This document shows, piece by piece, positions 12,458-24,700 of a DNA stretch of 64,000 nt (positions are counted from its first letter, which is position 1; every line of letters begins with the position of its first letter). The notes beneath the pieces were generated by a model that was not told the DNA's origin, did not search any database, and saw only the letters and a program-made list of their open reading frames with translations. The stretch comes from Octopus bimaculoides (taxonomy: Eukaryota). Position numbers and translations under genes: made by a program. The stretch covers positions 166,893,549 to 166,957,548 of the forward strand of contig NC_068981.1 in NCBI RefSeq assembly GCF_001194135.2. The letters run 5' to 3'.

Positions 12458-14130
12458 ATCATCTTCATCACTTAACATCTATTTTCCAGGAAAGCATGGT
12501 TTGATAGGTGGCCAGCTCAAATTGTCTGTTTTAGTATGGTTTCTACAACTGGATGCCCTTCATAAAGTCAACTGCATAAGAGTGTACTGGTTGCTTTTCC
12601 ACGTGGCACTGGCACAGATGCTTTTCCATGTGGCACCGGCACAGGTGCTTTCCATGTGGCACCGACACAGGTGCTTTTCCATGTGGCACCGACACAGGTG
12701 CTTTTCCATGTGGCACCGACACAGGTGCTTTTCCATGTGGCACCGACATGGGTGCTATTCCATGTGGCACCGACACGGGTGCATTTCCACGTGGCACGGG
12801 TGCTTTTCCACGTGGCACGGGTGCTTTTCCACGTGGCACGGGTGCTTTTCCACGTGGCACGGGTGCTTTTCCACGTGGCACGGGTGCTTNNNNNNNNNNN
12901 NNNNNNNNNNNNNNNNNNNNNNNNNNNNNNNNNNNNNNNNNNNNNNNNNNNNNNNNNNNNNNNNNNNNNNNNNNNNNNNNNNNNNNNNNNNNNNNNNNNN
13001 NNNNNNNNNNNNNNNNNNNNNNNNNNNNNNNNNNNNNNNNNNNNNNNNNNNNNNNNNNNNNNNNNNNNNNNNNNNNNNNNNNNNNNNNNNNNNNNNNNNN
13101 NNNNNNNNNNNNNNNNNNNNNNNNNNNNNNNNNNNNNNNNNNNNNNNNNNNNNNNNNNNNNNNNNNNNNNNNNNNNNNNNNNNNNNNNNNNNNNNNNNNN
13201 NNNNNNNNNNNNNNNNNNNNNNNNNNNNNNNNNNNNNNNNNNNNNNNNNNNNNNNNNNNNNNNNNNNNNNNNNNNNNNNNNNNGGCATGGGTGCTTTTCC
13301 ACGTGGCACCGGCATGGGTGCTTTTCCACGTGGCACCGGCATGGGTGCTTTTCCACGTGGCACCGGCATGGGTGCTTTTCCACGTGGTACTAGCACCCAT
13401 GAACTCACAAAACAAGGACTTTTCAGCTGACAGAGGGATATGCTTGTATGTATAGATGGCTACAATTTTATTTAGCTTGATGTGTCTTTTTAAGTACAGC
13501 AAATTGTCAGAAGTTTCGGTCCCTTGTCATTTCCTGAGTGAGACCTAGCGTCTGAAGATCCTTCTCACTACTTCATCTTACATCTTCCTGGGTCTACCCA
13601 TTCCATATGTGTGCACTACAATTAGAGATTGGTACTTTTTTATGCAGTTGTCCTCATCCATACACATCACATGACCATACCAGCACAGTCTTCTCTCTTG
13701 CGTTACTACACCTGATGTCTCTTATACTCAGTTTTTCTCTGAAATCATTTACGCTCTGTTGTACATGCACGCTAACATTACCCATCCAGTGGAGTATACT
13801 GGCTTTGTTTCTTTCAAGTCTTCACATGTTCTCACAAGTCATAACCCATCTCGCTACCTTGTAGCATAGCTTTTCGTACACAGGTATCATGTAATCTGCC
13901 ATTCACTCTGAGGGAGAAGCCTTTTGTTATCAACAAAAGTAGCAGCTCTGAGCTTTGCTCAACCTGTTCTTATTCGAGTAACTATGCTTCCGGAGCTTCC
14001 TCTGCCTAGGTAACGGAGACTGTCTACTATTTCTAAGGATCCTCCCAGACATTTGAAGGAGTCTATTTTCTGCACATTCCTAGTATTGTACCTGCACATC
14101 TGCTACACACAAAATCTACTTTCTCTATGT
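12458..14130 (-). mobile_element. 5'-truncated RTE-clade LINE (ORF2 C-terminus, 3' UTR and (TGA)n-like tail), with a minisatellite expansion inside the 3' UTR
   Basis: Minus-strand translation gives KGFSLRV.GRL.D.CVR.AML.GSE and QERRLCWYGHVMCMDED...GRPRKM*DEVV...DLQTLGLTQEMTRDR. Stop near 13468-13470, tail gatgttaagtgatgaagatgat at 12458. Confidence 0.9.
12590..13401. repeat. Minisatellite of 27-bp (cttttccacgtggcaccggcatgggtg) and 21-bp (cttttccacgtggcacgggtg) units, interrupted by a 394-N gap (12890-13283)
   Basis: Read directly: 10 CCACGTGG and 6 CCATGTGG cores are visible on the two sides of the gap. Confidence 0.97.
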
Positions 14131-14906
14131 TTTTTCTTCACTTAGCTCATTCTCACATCATGATGAAATTATAATGATATATTAGTTGACATTTCTTTGA
14201 CAAAATGTTTAAAAATTTTCTTTTGCATATATTTTTTTACACTGAGATGCTTATTAGGCTTAAAACATAGCTCTTAATATGTAGGTTTAGCAACGTTATT
14301 TTGAAATCCAAGGCTGTCTACAAATACTCTCCTAATAGATGACTGTATTCATCCATTTCTGCACAGCCATACATTCTAGGCAGAAGTGGATCAAAATTTA
14401 ACAATATGTATTTTGTAATGATTAGGGATTGCTTCTGAAATATATTACTATAGTTAAATAGCCAAATTTCACATTGTAGAATATATTTATTTTGTACAAA
14501 ATTTTAAGGTATGTTGACAGACAGTTTTAGACTATATAAAATCAGGCCTCTACATTCAATCTGTCTGGTGGTTGATCTTTTCCCCCAACCAAAGAGATAA
14601 AATAATTACTAGAAATATAATAAAGGATTAGATTCAGATGATGATGTACATCTACTTAAAAATGAATCAGAATTAGTCCATAAATTTGTATGTCCTTTAA
14701 TGATGTGTATGTGTATTTTTAATGACAAATGCATATTTTAGTGTATATTTAGTACCTGTTAGTAGAATGTTGAATGAAACGTGAGACTCCGAAAAAGTGT
14801 GTATTCAGCTCTGGTGTTTTCATTTCACTCCACAAAAAGAGCAGCATCCATACATGCTCTTTATACAATATATATGTACCTGTGTGTGTGTGTATGTATG
14901 TATATA

Positions 14907-14950
<44 letters not shown>

Positions 14951-15032
14951 CCAATTTAATACACACTCACACACACACGTGTGCTTTTGTACATATGTGA
15001 GGCTTATATATTTTTTTTTTGATTTACATTAT

Positions 15033-15355
15033 TGAATTGTGGCCATGCTTAGGCACCACTGCCAAAGATTTTTAGTTGATTAACCAACTCCAGTATTTAT
15101 TTTAGTCGAGTACTTGTTTTATGGATCTTATTTGTCAAACCCTTAAGTTTTGTGACCTATGTAACACTGGTTTTGCTTTGACCAGCATAAATGTAAACAC
15201 GGAAATTTATGTATACACATGCAGGATTAACTTCTGCATAGTTTCCATCTCCCAAAATTTACTCACCAGCTCAACCTGAGGCTATAATTGAAGGTTCTTG
15301 TCTAAGGTGCTGCACAGTGAGATTATACCTGGAACAACAATCTTCTTACTCATAC
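15033..15355 (-). mobile_element. Older SINE family A copy
   Basis: Degenerate homology to both the head and the tail (ggccatgcttaggcaccac) of family A. Confidence 0.55.
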
Positions 15356-17849
15356 CCACATATGCATGTGTGAATTTTAGTAGGTATGCGAGCATATATA
15401 CACGAAAATGTGTTTGTTTGAGAAACCATGCCTAGATACAGTTGACTGTTTTCAACAAATAGCTTTTAACAGTTTTAGAAATATTTTCATCTGCATTGTT
15501 TTGTAAGGACATCCTTTCTATTACGAAATTCTGAGTAATAGCCAGAATGAATAAATTGTATACCTTATTAAAATTGTATGTGTGTATATTTGTGTTTATG
15601 CTTCCACACCATTTAAAACTTGTGTTTATACGTCTTTTTATGTCTAGTTTGACTAGTTGTGATTCATAAGATAACTACTAGACTGAAACAAGCACTAGGA
15701 TCACTATGGTTGACTAAAATGCCTTGAAAGTATGGCTACCATTGACTGTCTGAAATCAGTAAAAATATAATACAAATTGTTTGACCACAATTTGTATCAC
15801 TGGTTTAAATATTTATTGTATCATAAGTAAGTTCAGCACATTTAGCTGATTTTGGGAAATATAGTAGTCTAGAAAATTTGTGATTAGGGAAGTTTTTATG
15901 GTTGCATCAATTTTATTTGAATATTTCTTTCTTCTAGATTGGTTTCGTTTTGTTGGTGGGTCTCTTGCAATGTATTTTCAAATTTGTGAAGAGGTAGTGC
16001 TCAGCTTAATTCTGGAATGTCTGTTTTGGGGGTTCAAGCAAACTTGGTTTGTGATAGCTTTTTCTCTTTAGATTACATCCATTTATCTATGCGTTTTACA
16101 CACATACACACACACACACATATGCACACACACACACATACACACAGATGTTAGTTACTGAATATAATCTAATGGACAAGTTTCAATTTGTTTAAAAGGT
16201 CTTGGAATACCAAAATTCTGAGTTGTTGAAACAACTACTCTATACCATTGAGTACTCAGTTGACTATTAGTCTTACCAGTCGTGTGTGTGTGTGTGTGTG
16301 TGTTATTCAGTTACTAATGTCTGTATGTCAACTGTATAGAATATTTAAAGAATGCACTGGGAATTTTGTCAGTAAACCAACTATAAATATACAATCTCAC
16401 ATATACACATAAACACATACATAACTATTTAGGCTAAAAGCTAGATTTTGGAAGAAATGACCATAATGGTAAGAGAGATTACTGAAAAGGAAGGAGTTTT
16501 TAAATATTTGAGTAGCCAAGTTGAAAGCGTTAAACTTTGAATAAAGTGGATGACAGATGTCAGCTAACCTTAAACCCATTAAAAAAAATATTTGTTTACA
16601 GTTGAAATATCCAAGTATTAAACTTCAAAGGATATGAGGCATTATCCTGTTAACTTTTGAGTGTGTTCACATTGAATCCATTTCGTGTGAAAAGAACATT
16701 TTTCAATAAAATTTATAGGCTTTGTGGGTAGTGTGTGTATATATATTATTTTCCAATATTGTTTTGTTTTAATGTATTTACTGTGAAACCTTTTTGGACA
16801 AAAATTCACTAGCACTTTCCCATATGTTATGGTTTTTTTTACCCCCTAACATCTAAGAGCATGTCTTTGAGTTTCTGTTTCTTTTATAATTTCATCCAAC
16901 TTTTAATTGAATTTTGTTCCTTTAACTATAACTGGATAGATTTAGAATGGCTTAATTAAAAATTTCTAAAATATATTCTACTATAATTATTGTGGAAATT
17001 CAAACTTTAATCTAAATATTTTCCTTTATACAATTTCAATAGTTATTTCCTCTAAAATTTTACTAAACACAGTATGGTTATTAGTATTATTATTACCTAC
17101 TAAATAATTATACTTTTGTTTGTGTGGTGATGTTTCAGCACAAGCAGCCATGATAGCACAAACCTATTTACATATTTACAGGAAAAAGGTTGACAATTCA
17201 ATAGTATGTGTGTATATATTTATGCATGTGTGTATTTGCGAGTGCATAGATGTGTGTATATATATATATGTACAAACACACAGTGCTAATAGACACATAA
17301 AACTGTACGTAGGGAAAACAGATTTTTTTTCAAATTAAAAATTTAATAAAGATATTACAAACTAATTATATACTGATGCACATTTTACATTTTCAAAATA
17401 AATTGAAATGTAAGCTGTAAGTTGTAGTTTCATAAACAAATACAAATAAAATAAGAATATGCTTAGAGTGCTTAACTTTTGTAACATAATAAAGTAACTT
17501 GATTTTTGTTCACTCTATCAACATCTCATCAGGACAAAATTTTAAACAATAAGTTTTGAATACAAAATAATACTTCACAGTTATTGAGATTAAGTTGAAA
17601 CAAGTTTTTTTCCAGGTTTAAACTTTAAAGCAGTAAAGTTAAATTTTCAAGATTCTCTAACAATTTTACAAAATTTTAAAAGCAACAAAGTTTAGTTCAT
17701 CAAGAATGAAAATAATGTTTAAAAATGTGTGAATGTTGTTTCTTACTTATTTGATATTTTGTTGTCTGAAGCAGATAATGTGCAATTTTGTGGTCTGAAT
17801 GTAACCTGTGTTACTTGTGAAATTTTTCTGCAATCCTAACAACCACCGT

Positions 17850-18060
17850 CCCTTTTCAGCAAAAACCACAGAAAGCTACTTTTCGATACTTCATAACATG
17901 GGTAAGTGCAACGAGTCTCCCCCGACGATGCTTCACCTGCTTCTTCTCATAAAACCCATTGCATGTGTGTTTCCATGGATACCACTTTCGAGCACTTATT
18001 TCATGTTTCCTAAGCACAGGAATCTGGGATGGATTTTTGACATTTTCACTTAAATATCTT
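17850..18060 (-). mobile_element. Probable ancient RTE-like LINE relic
   Basis: Open minus frame ...RKWYPWKHTCNGFYEKKQVKHRRGRLVALTHVMKY loosely resembles RTE isWk.h.tNe.ly...RrLrw.GHvmR. GC and CpG content is above the flanks. Similarity judged by eye only. Confidence 0.35.
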
Positions 18061-21000
18061 TGAGAAAATGTAAATGAAAATGAATTCTTTCATTACATTT
18101 TTCCTTCTGACCTATATTTTAATGGGAACCATTGTGGAAAGTAGTGTGTTACCAAGGAAACTAATTGTTAAATGCTAGCTTTTTGTGCAGTTGTCATACT
18201 TCTCTCTAAAGTATTTTTATATGACTTATTAACCATGAACTCTAATCAACAAATATTTGATTTAACAAATATTCTCTATAGCTTGTTGCATCAAAAGGTT
18301 ATATGCCAATAATTGTGTGTTTTTCTACGTATTTTTTTGTGGGTAAACTCTAGTGAATTAAACAAACTTTAATCTGTTGAGACTGCTTCTTTTTTTCTAA
18401 CATTGATTAGGGAAATTTCATTGTTAACTCAAGATTTATTTGGTGTTTGATGTATATTTGAAACTAAAATATGTTCTTTGCAAGATCAAGTAAACATAGT
18501 TCAATAATGCCTCTGATTCCAGGCTTATAAATTATCTATTGTAGCATTTTTGCTTAAACTGTGTTTAAGTTCTTTTGGCCAAAATTTGCAAAACATGTTT
18601 AAACTTATGCTTGTAAGTTTTAACAACTTCTTCAGTAAAATGTTAAGTTTTTGTTTAAAAGAGATTATGGTTTGATAGTGGACGTTAAACAATGACGATG
18701 ATGATGATATATAATTACCTTTATAACTCATTTACCAATATGACATACTGGTAGGAAAAGAAAGTGACTTATTGTTAAGAGAGAAAATAAGATTCTAATT
18801 CATGTATATTGAATAGTCGTATAATTATGACAAGCAAAAAATTCACAATTTTAATGGTAAATGTTTTAAATGGGAAGCTTTTTTTTTTCTTTTGTGAGTC
18901 TTACTACTTTCTCCCTCTGTCAACTGAAAGTTTAACTAAGACTAACATTCAGTGAGGTTATATTATATGAAATTAAATTGTTATTGCTGTTTCTGATAAA
19001 TGAAATAATTTATACCATATTATGACTTGATTCACTTCTAAAATGTAATACATGATACTTTAATTAACTTCGTGATTGATGTTCAAAAGTATGACCTTGG
19101 TTTTAATGAAAATTAAAAAAAAAAAAAAATTCTGTTTATATAATTAATTTTTTGCATTTCTATTTATTTATTTGTTTGTTCTGGCTCTTTACATACTGAG
19201 TTCAATTTCTGCAAAGGCGAACTTGCCTTTCATCATCCCCAGGGTCACTAAAATAAGTGTAGTACTGGAATCAATATTATCAGCTAATCTTTTCCCCTCA
19301 AAAATTGATGGCCTTGTGTCAAAATCAGAAATGGTTATTTTTGTGAAGGTGGAAGAACTGTTGGCACTTTGTAAAAAAAAAAAATGCCTTGCAATATTTA
19401 TGGCTCTTTACATTCTGAGGTCATATTCTGCTGAGATCAACTTTTCCTTTCATATCGCCAAAATCAATAGGATAGAATTACCAGTGAAGTATTGTAATCA
19501 ACTGACCACACCCCATAAATTTCTGGCCTATGTTAGAAATAATCATTTGCTTGTTTGACTCTCTACATTCTGAGTTCAAATTATACCAAAGCTAACTTTG
19601 CCTTTTATCCCCACCCCCAGGCTTGATAAAATAAGTTCTAGTCTAAGCACAGTGATGGTGATGGGCAAGTAGTAGAAACAGTAAATGTTTTTACAGTATC
19701 TAGTTTTTTTCTCTGTTTTGAGTTAAAATTTTTATAGTCAACTTTCATCTTCTCTGAAGTTGACCAAAGAAACATCATTTATATTGTGAGGTCATTCACT
19801 TGACTAAACTCCCTTCTCAACAAATTTATGGTCATGTGCCTATGTGAAAAATCAGTTATTTTCTAGGCTCTAAAACCTTGATTGCATTTTGTGTAACATG
19901 AAATGTATTTTGCTTTTAATCTATGTTAAACTTCTACCTACATTTTTCTGAATATTCTGATTTCATTTTGTGTTGAAAATTGTTACTTTGTTCAGCATTA
20001 TAATATGTTGGAGTTAGACAATTAAAATGTTACTGTTATTTTACCTCAATACAGAAATAATTTGCTTCTTGTTTCTAAACGCAAATTGTTTATCATTTAG
20101 GAGTAGCTGCTAGGTGTATTTACATATACGTGAAAATTGTATATTCTGTTGTACATTTCATTCATCTGTTTTTTGTTTTTTTTCTAAACAAAATCCAAGC
20201 AAAAATTACATTTTTCATTCTTTTCCTTTTAATGTTATAGTTTCTGTAGATATTCATATTGTCATTGAACATTTTCTATATGTAAAGTATTCAATTTTTT
20301 AAATATTTTCATATATTTCCTTTGCAAGTTAGTTATAATTAATATTACTCTATAAAACTTAATCTCTCTTTTTTTTTCCTTTTAGATTTAGTGTTAATGA
20401 ATAACTAATATTTACTTGATCAGCATGTTAGCTTTGTTTTGTGTAGGATTTAATTCATAATAGATTTTTTAGCAGGTTTGGCTGTTAAAGATAAAAATTC
20501 TTGACTCATAAATGCTTCAAATATAATATTCTAATTGTTTTGTCTAATTAACTTTTAACTTTACCTAAATCTTTTTCTGTAGAATGTTAAAATAATTTTG
20601 AGGCACATCACACTAAATATAGAAACTTTTTTTTTTCAAGTTTAAATGATAGTGACACAAATTTCAACCTCATTTGTATAGCTCTTATAGATCAAAACTT
20701 GTGTTACCAAATTCCAAATTATTTTCCTAGAAATTCCTAAAGAGAATCTCTAGTACTCTGAAACAGACTAACCTTAGCTACTCACAGAACCAATCAATCC
20801 ATTCATTTATCATACATACAATATTATAATAACTGCAGTAAACTATAAAACAGTGTGGAACTGGAATTATATCTAATTTCTTGCATTCTTTCAAATTTTA
20901 ATGAAGTAGTGACTAAGCTAAATCCATGTCAGTTTCATTTCCTGTTACGCTGCTAATATTCTTGTCACATTATCTTATTTCCTCTACATTTGAAACTCTT

Positions 21001-21599
21001 TTTCTAACAAAAAAATAGTAGTTTGGTGATTTATATAGTCCTAGCCAGTCATACTTGACATTGTTAAAAGATGTATAAAACCTTTCAGGAATTATGTATG
21101 TTTTGCTGTAACAACATGTTTCAGAACATGTTGTGACAACAGGTTTGCAAGTTAAATGCTCTTATGATGGGGTTTATATGTTGACAGCATGTGTCTTACA
21201 CTATGTACATCCTGCTTGGGACAACTTATGAAAATGAATAAATGCATTATTTAAAATTATACAGCAAGTAATGTACTGAGCCCAAGTCAATTATACTATC
21301 CCCTTGCTTAAGAAAAATCAATATTGCAAATTGAGGTGCTTGAGAACTGTTAAAAATGAGTACAAAACAGCTAAATATAAATGTACACACACACACACAC
21401 ACACACACAGATACACATTTTATATCCATATCCAGCCTTAAAAAACATACAAGTATGTGTTTTGTTTTGTTGAAAACATTTGTGAAAGTGGCATGAATAT
21501 ATTGTTTTATTTAATTTAAAAAGTAGGAGTAATTTGATAGCCTTTGCATGTTTTCCCACTGGCAAGGTTGATGTGATTGATGCTGAGCTTGAACTTACA

Positions 21600-21830
21600 T
21601 AAATGGATTGAGGAAGCTTTTGCAAAACAAGAATTTGGTCAAGTGTTTAATACAGGTTTGGTTAGATGAGACAAGTATGGATGATAAAAAGAGGGAAATC
21701 AGGTGTATCAAAAGGGCATATGTAAGATACAGCTGTGAGTTCTGAGAAACTGAAACCATTACTGTAAGGTTTAAAGTGAGTGTGTGAAAATAGCAGACAG
21801 GCTGTAGTTTATTGATGAGGAACAATTTAA
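21600..21830 (+). mobile_element. Possible ancient RTE ORF2 relic
   Basis: KREIRCIKRAYVRYSCEF*ETET resembles K.r.Y.a.vr..LlYgcEtW. Purine-rich. Weak match. Confidence 0.25.
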
Positions 21831-22309
21831 GAATCGGTCAGATATTCCCACTTACTCTAGATAACTAGTGCTCTTATATGTAGATAAGTTGTGCCTTATA
21901 GAGTCAGCAGATATTAGCAGTTGAACTAATTTCTGGCCTAAAAGAGACCTGTTATTGTATTAATATATTTTTAAAGTAACATAAAAGAACGTCCAGAATT
22001 TAGAAGGGTTTAGTAAAATATCGAACAATTGTTTTATGGCATTTGGAATATAACTTAAGAAGTTCTTACATATAATTACAATGATGAACAGTTTAATTTT
22101 TAGAAAAATTAACACTATAAAATGGTAATGCTCTGTAATAGAAGAGATCTCAGAAAGATTAATGTCAAAAAAGCTAATGAATATTTGAATTGTTAGTTTG
22201 GTATTGTTTCAATGATAACGCTCTGATAGCACATACTGATTATTCTATTGATGTTCTTAATATTTATGTTGTACAGGTCATCAAGTCTTCTTTATATGCA
22301 TGTATTTAA

Positions 22310-22478
22310 CTCTCTAGCATTTAAACTGGCCATATCCAGCCCCTCACACTTATGCTACAATATCATTCTAAAAATAATCACATTGAAATATTGAAGCTAT
22401 GAGATGATTCATGACTAATTCAAAACAATTTGAATAAATATGAATTACATTTGACAGAATATCCTGCATGCTAAAGGG
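22310..22478 (+). mobile_element. piggyBac-like MITE, same family, internally deleted (169 bp)
   Basis: TTAA|ctctctagcatt ... atgctaaaggg|TTAG, internal ggccatatccagcc and gatgattcatgactaattcaaaac. Confidence 0.8.
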
Positions 22479-22680
22479 TTAGATATCTTTTGTATATCAT
22501 TAAGAATCAGTGATAATTAATACCTGACATCTTTTCAAAGTAGATCTATCAAACAATTTTCTTCGCCCTACTTGTTCATGCTAACTTGGTCTTACAATTG
22601 AAACTGTTTACTGTAATTGTAAAAGAATTATAATTATTTTCCTTCATGCATTTTGTCAGAAAAACAAAAGCTTTCGAGTG

Positions 22681-22921
22681 TATGCTATATATGTATGTAG
22701 GTGTGTGTGTGTGTGTAGCAAATGTGTGTACATGGGTGCAGATATATGTATGTATTATGTGTGTATTATGCATGTATATGTGCATGTGTGTATATATGCA
22801 TGTGTGTATATATGCATGTGTATATATGCATGTGTGTATATACATGTGTATATATACAAATACATACACACGTATGTGTGTGTACATATGTATGTATATG
22901 TGTGTGTATGCATATGTGTAT
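22681..22921. repeat. Compound (TG)/(TA)/TGCA microsatellite
   Basis: Read directly. Confidence 0.9.
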
Positions 22922-23313
22922 ATAGGTGCAGGCATGGCTGTGTGGTAAGAAGCTTGCTTCCCAACCACATGGTTCCAGGTTCAGTCCCACTACGTGGCAC
23001 CTTGGGCCAATCAAAGCCTTGTGAGTGGATTTGGTAGATGGAAACTGAAAGAAGCCAGTCATGTGTGTTTGTGTGTGTGTGTGTGTGTGTATATATATGT
23101 GTGTGTGTGTGTGTGTATATTTGTGTGTCTGTGTTTGTTCCTCCACCATCGCTTGACAACCGATGTTGGTACGTTTACGTCCCTGAAACTTAGCAATTCA
23201 GCAAAAGAGATTGATAGAATAAGTACCAGGCTTACAAAGAATAAGTCCTGTAGTCGATTTGTTCGACTAAAGGTGGTGCTCCAGCATGGCCTCAGTCAAA
23301 TGACTGAAAGAAG
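22922..23313 (+). mobile_element. tRNA-derived SINE (family A: ggtgcaggcatggctgtgtggtaagaagcttgcttcccaaccacatgg...) with internal (TG)n and a short internal deletion
   Basis: A-box-like tggctgtgtggtaa and B-box-like ggttcagtccc. The body matches other copies in this window. Confidence 0.85.
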
Positions 23314-23314
23314 A

Positions 23315-23722
23315 GTATGTATGCGTATATGTATACATGTGTGTGTATGTGTGCATATGTATATTCATGCTTGTGTACGTCTATGTATGTGTGCATGTAT
23401 GTGTATATTCATGCTTGTGCGCGTCTATGTATGTGTGCATGTATGTGTACATTCATGTATGTATATGCACATGTATATATATGCACATGTGTGTATATAT
23501 ATGTAAATCCATATGTATATGCACATGTATATTTTTATATATATGTATATGCACACATGTATATGTATATGCACACATGTATATATATGTATATGCACAC
23601 GCATGCATGTATATGAATGCATATATATGCATGTATATGAACGCACGTATATATGCATGTATATGAACACTTGTATATATACATATATATGCACACGTAT
23701 GCATATATATGTATATGTTTGT
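23315..23722. repeat. Compound (TG)/(TA)/TGCA microsatellite
   Basis: Read directly. Confidence 0.92.
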
Positions 23723-24669
23723 GTAATTTTAATTCGTATCCTTTAAGATTTATGAAAAAAAAAGCGTTTCCAATGGTAACACATTACTAATATCTATATA
23801 TTCATCATTTCATATTTTAGTTTTAACTTTTTATTTATATTCATTTTTTCAATGTTTCCTTATTTATTGTTATCATTTTAACTTTCTGTTAATTTCTTCT
23901 TGTTTATTCTGTTAATTATTGCTTAATACTTTACAGCTTGAACTCCTTTACTTTTTTTTTTTTAATTTCAAACTCAGTGCCACTGCACCTTTTCATTGTT
24001 GTGTGCTTCAATGGTGGTGTACAGTGGTGCCAAAGTCTCTTAGTTCTCTAAACATTTTGCTTAACACTGGTGCATGTACATTTGGCCAAGCTCTACAAAG
24101 CTCTGATCACTGTGTATCAACAAGCACATGTGTTTACTTTTTGTTTCTGCTAATTATTGCAAAATTGCTGAAAATCTGCCAAATTTTCATATAAGCTTTT
24201 CTAAGGTAAGCTTGAAGTTAAAGTATCACTAAGTATCTTCGTCAATTTTTAATGCAAGCTTACTGTATATAAGAAAATATTGATCTCCCTCTTGTATTAG
24301 TGCAGCTATACTTGGTGGATTTGACACTATTATTATCTTCTCTGCTTTCATTAAGTTCAGTCTTTAAAATAGGTATTCTGTCCCCCTAAATTATTTGTAT
24401 TGCTGTGTATTCTTTGAGGCTTTTTTCTTAATTTTATTTTCTCTCTCTCTCTCTCTTCATATATATATATATNNNNNNNNNNNNNNNNNNNNNNNNNNNN
24501 NNNNNNNNNNNNNNNNNNNNNNNNNNNNNNNNNNNNNNNNNNNNNNNNNNNNNNNNNNNNNNNNNNNNNNNNNNNNNNNNNNNNNNNNNNNNNNNNNNNN
24601 NNNNNNNNNNNNNNNNNNNNNNNNNNNNNNNNNNNNNNNNNNNNNNNNNNNNNNNNNNNNNNNNNNNNN

Positions 24670-24700
<31 letters not shown>

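Noticed and set aside
12590-13401. CRISPR-like array
   Set aside because: Units are directly adjacent with no unique spacers, there are no cas genes, the context is eukaryotic and the unit derives from a LINE 3' UTR.
12501-13502. Six overlapping ORFs of 217-319 aa
   Set aside because: They are translations of the 21/27-bp minisatellite (unit lengths divisible by 3, no stops) plus N runs.
19172-19558. 128-aa ORF
   Set aside because: It runs through tandem decayed SINE copies, has no splice context and resembles no known protein.
10044-24361. A nested antisense protein-coding gene assembled from minus-strand pieces 24361-24264, 21937-21856, 18057-17937 and 10256-10044, whose splice phases happen to match
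   Set aside because: The two most coding-like pieces resolve as RTE LINE ORF2 relics (R*FGH...RIPREML in frame with the 10044-10256 ORF; WKH..N...RRGRL..THVMK). The other two are short AT-rich stretches of a kind expected by chance in 42 kb, and the joined peptide resembles no protein I know.
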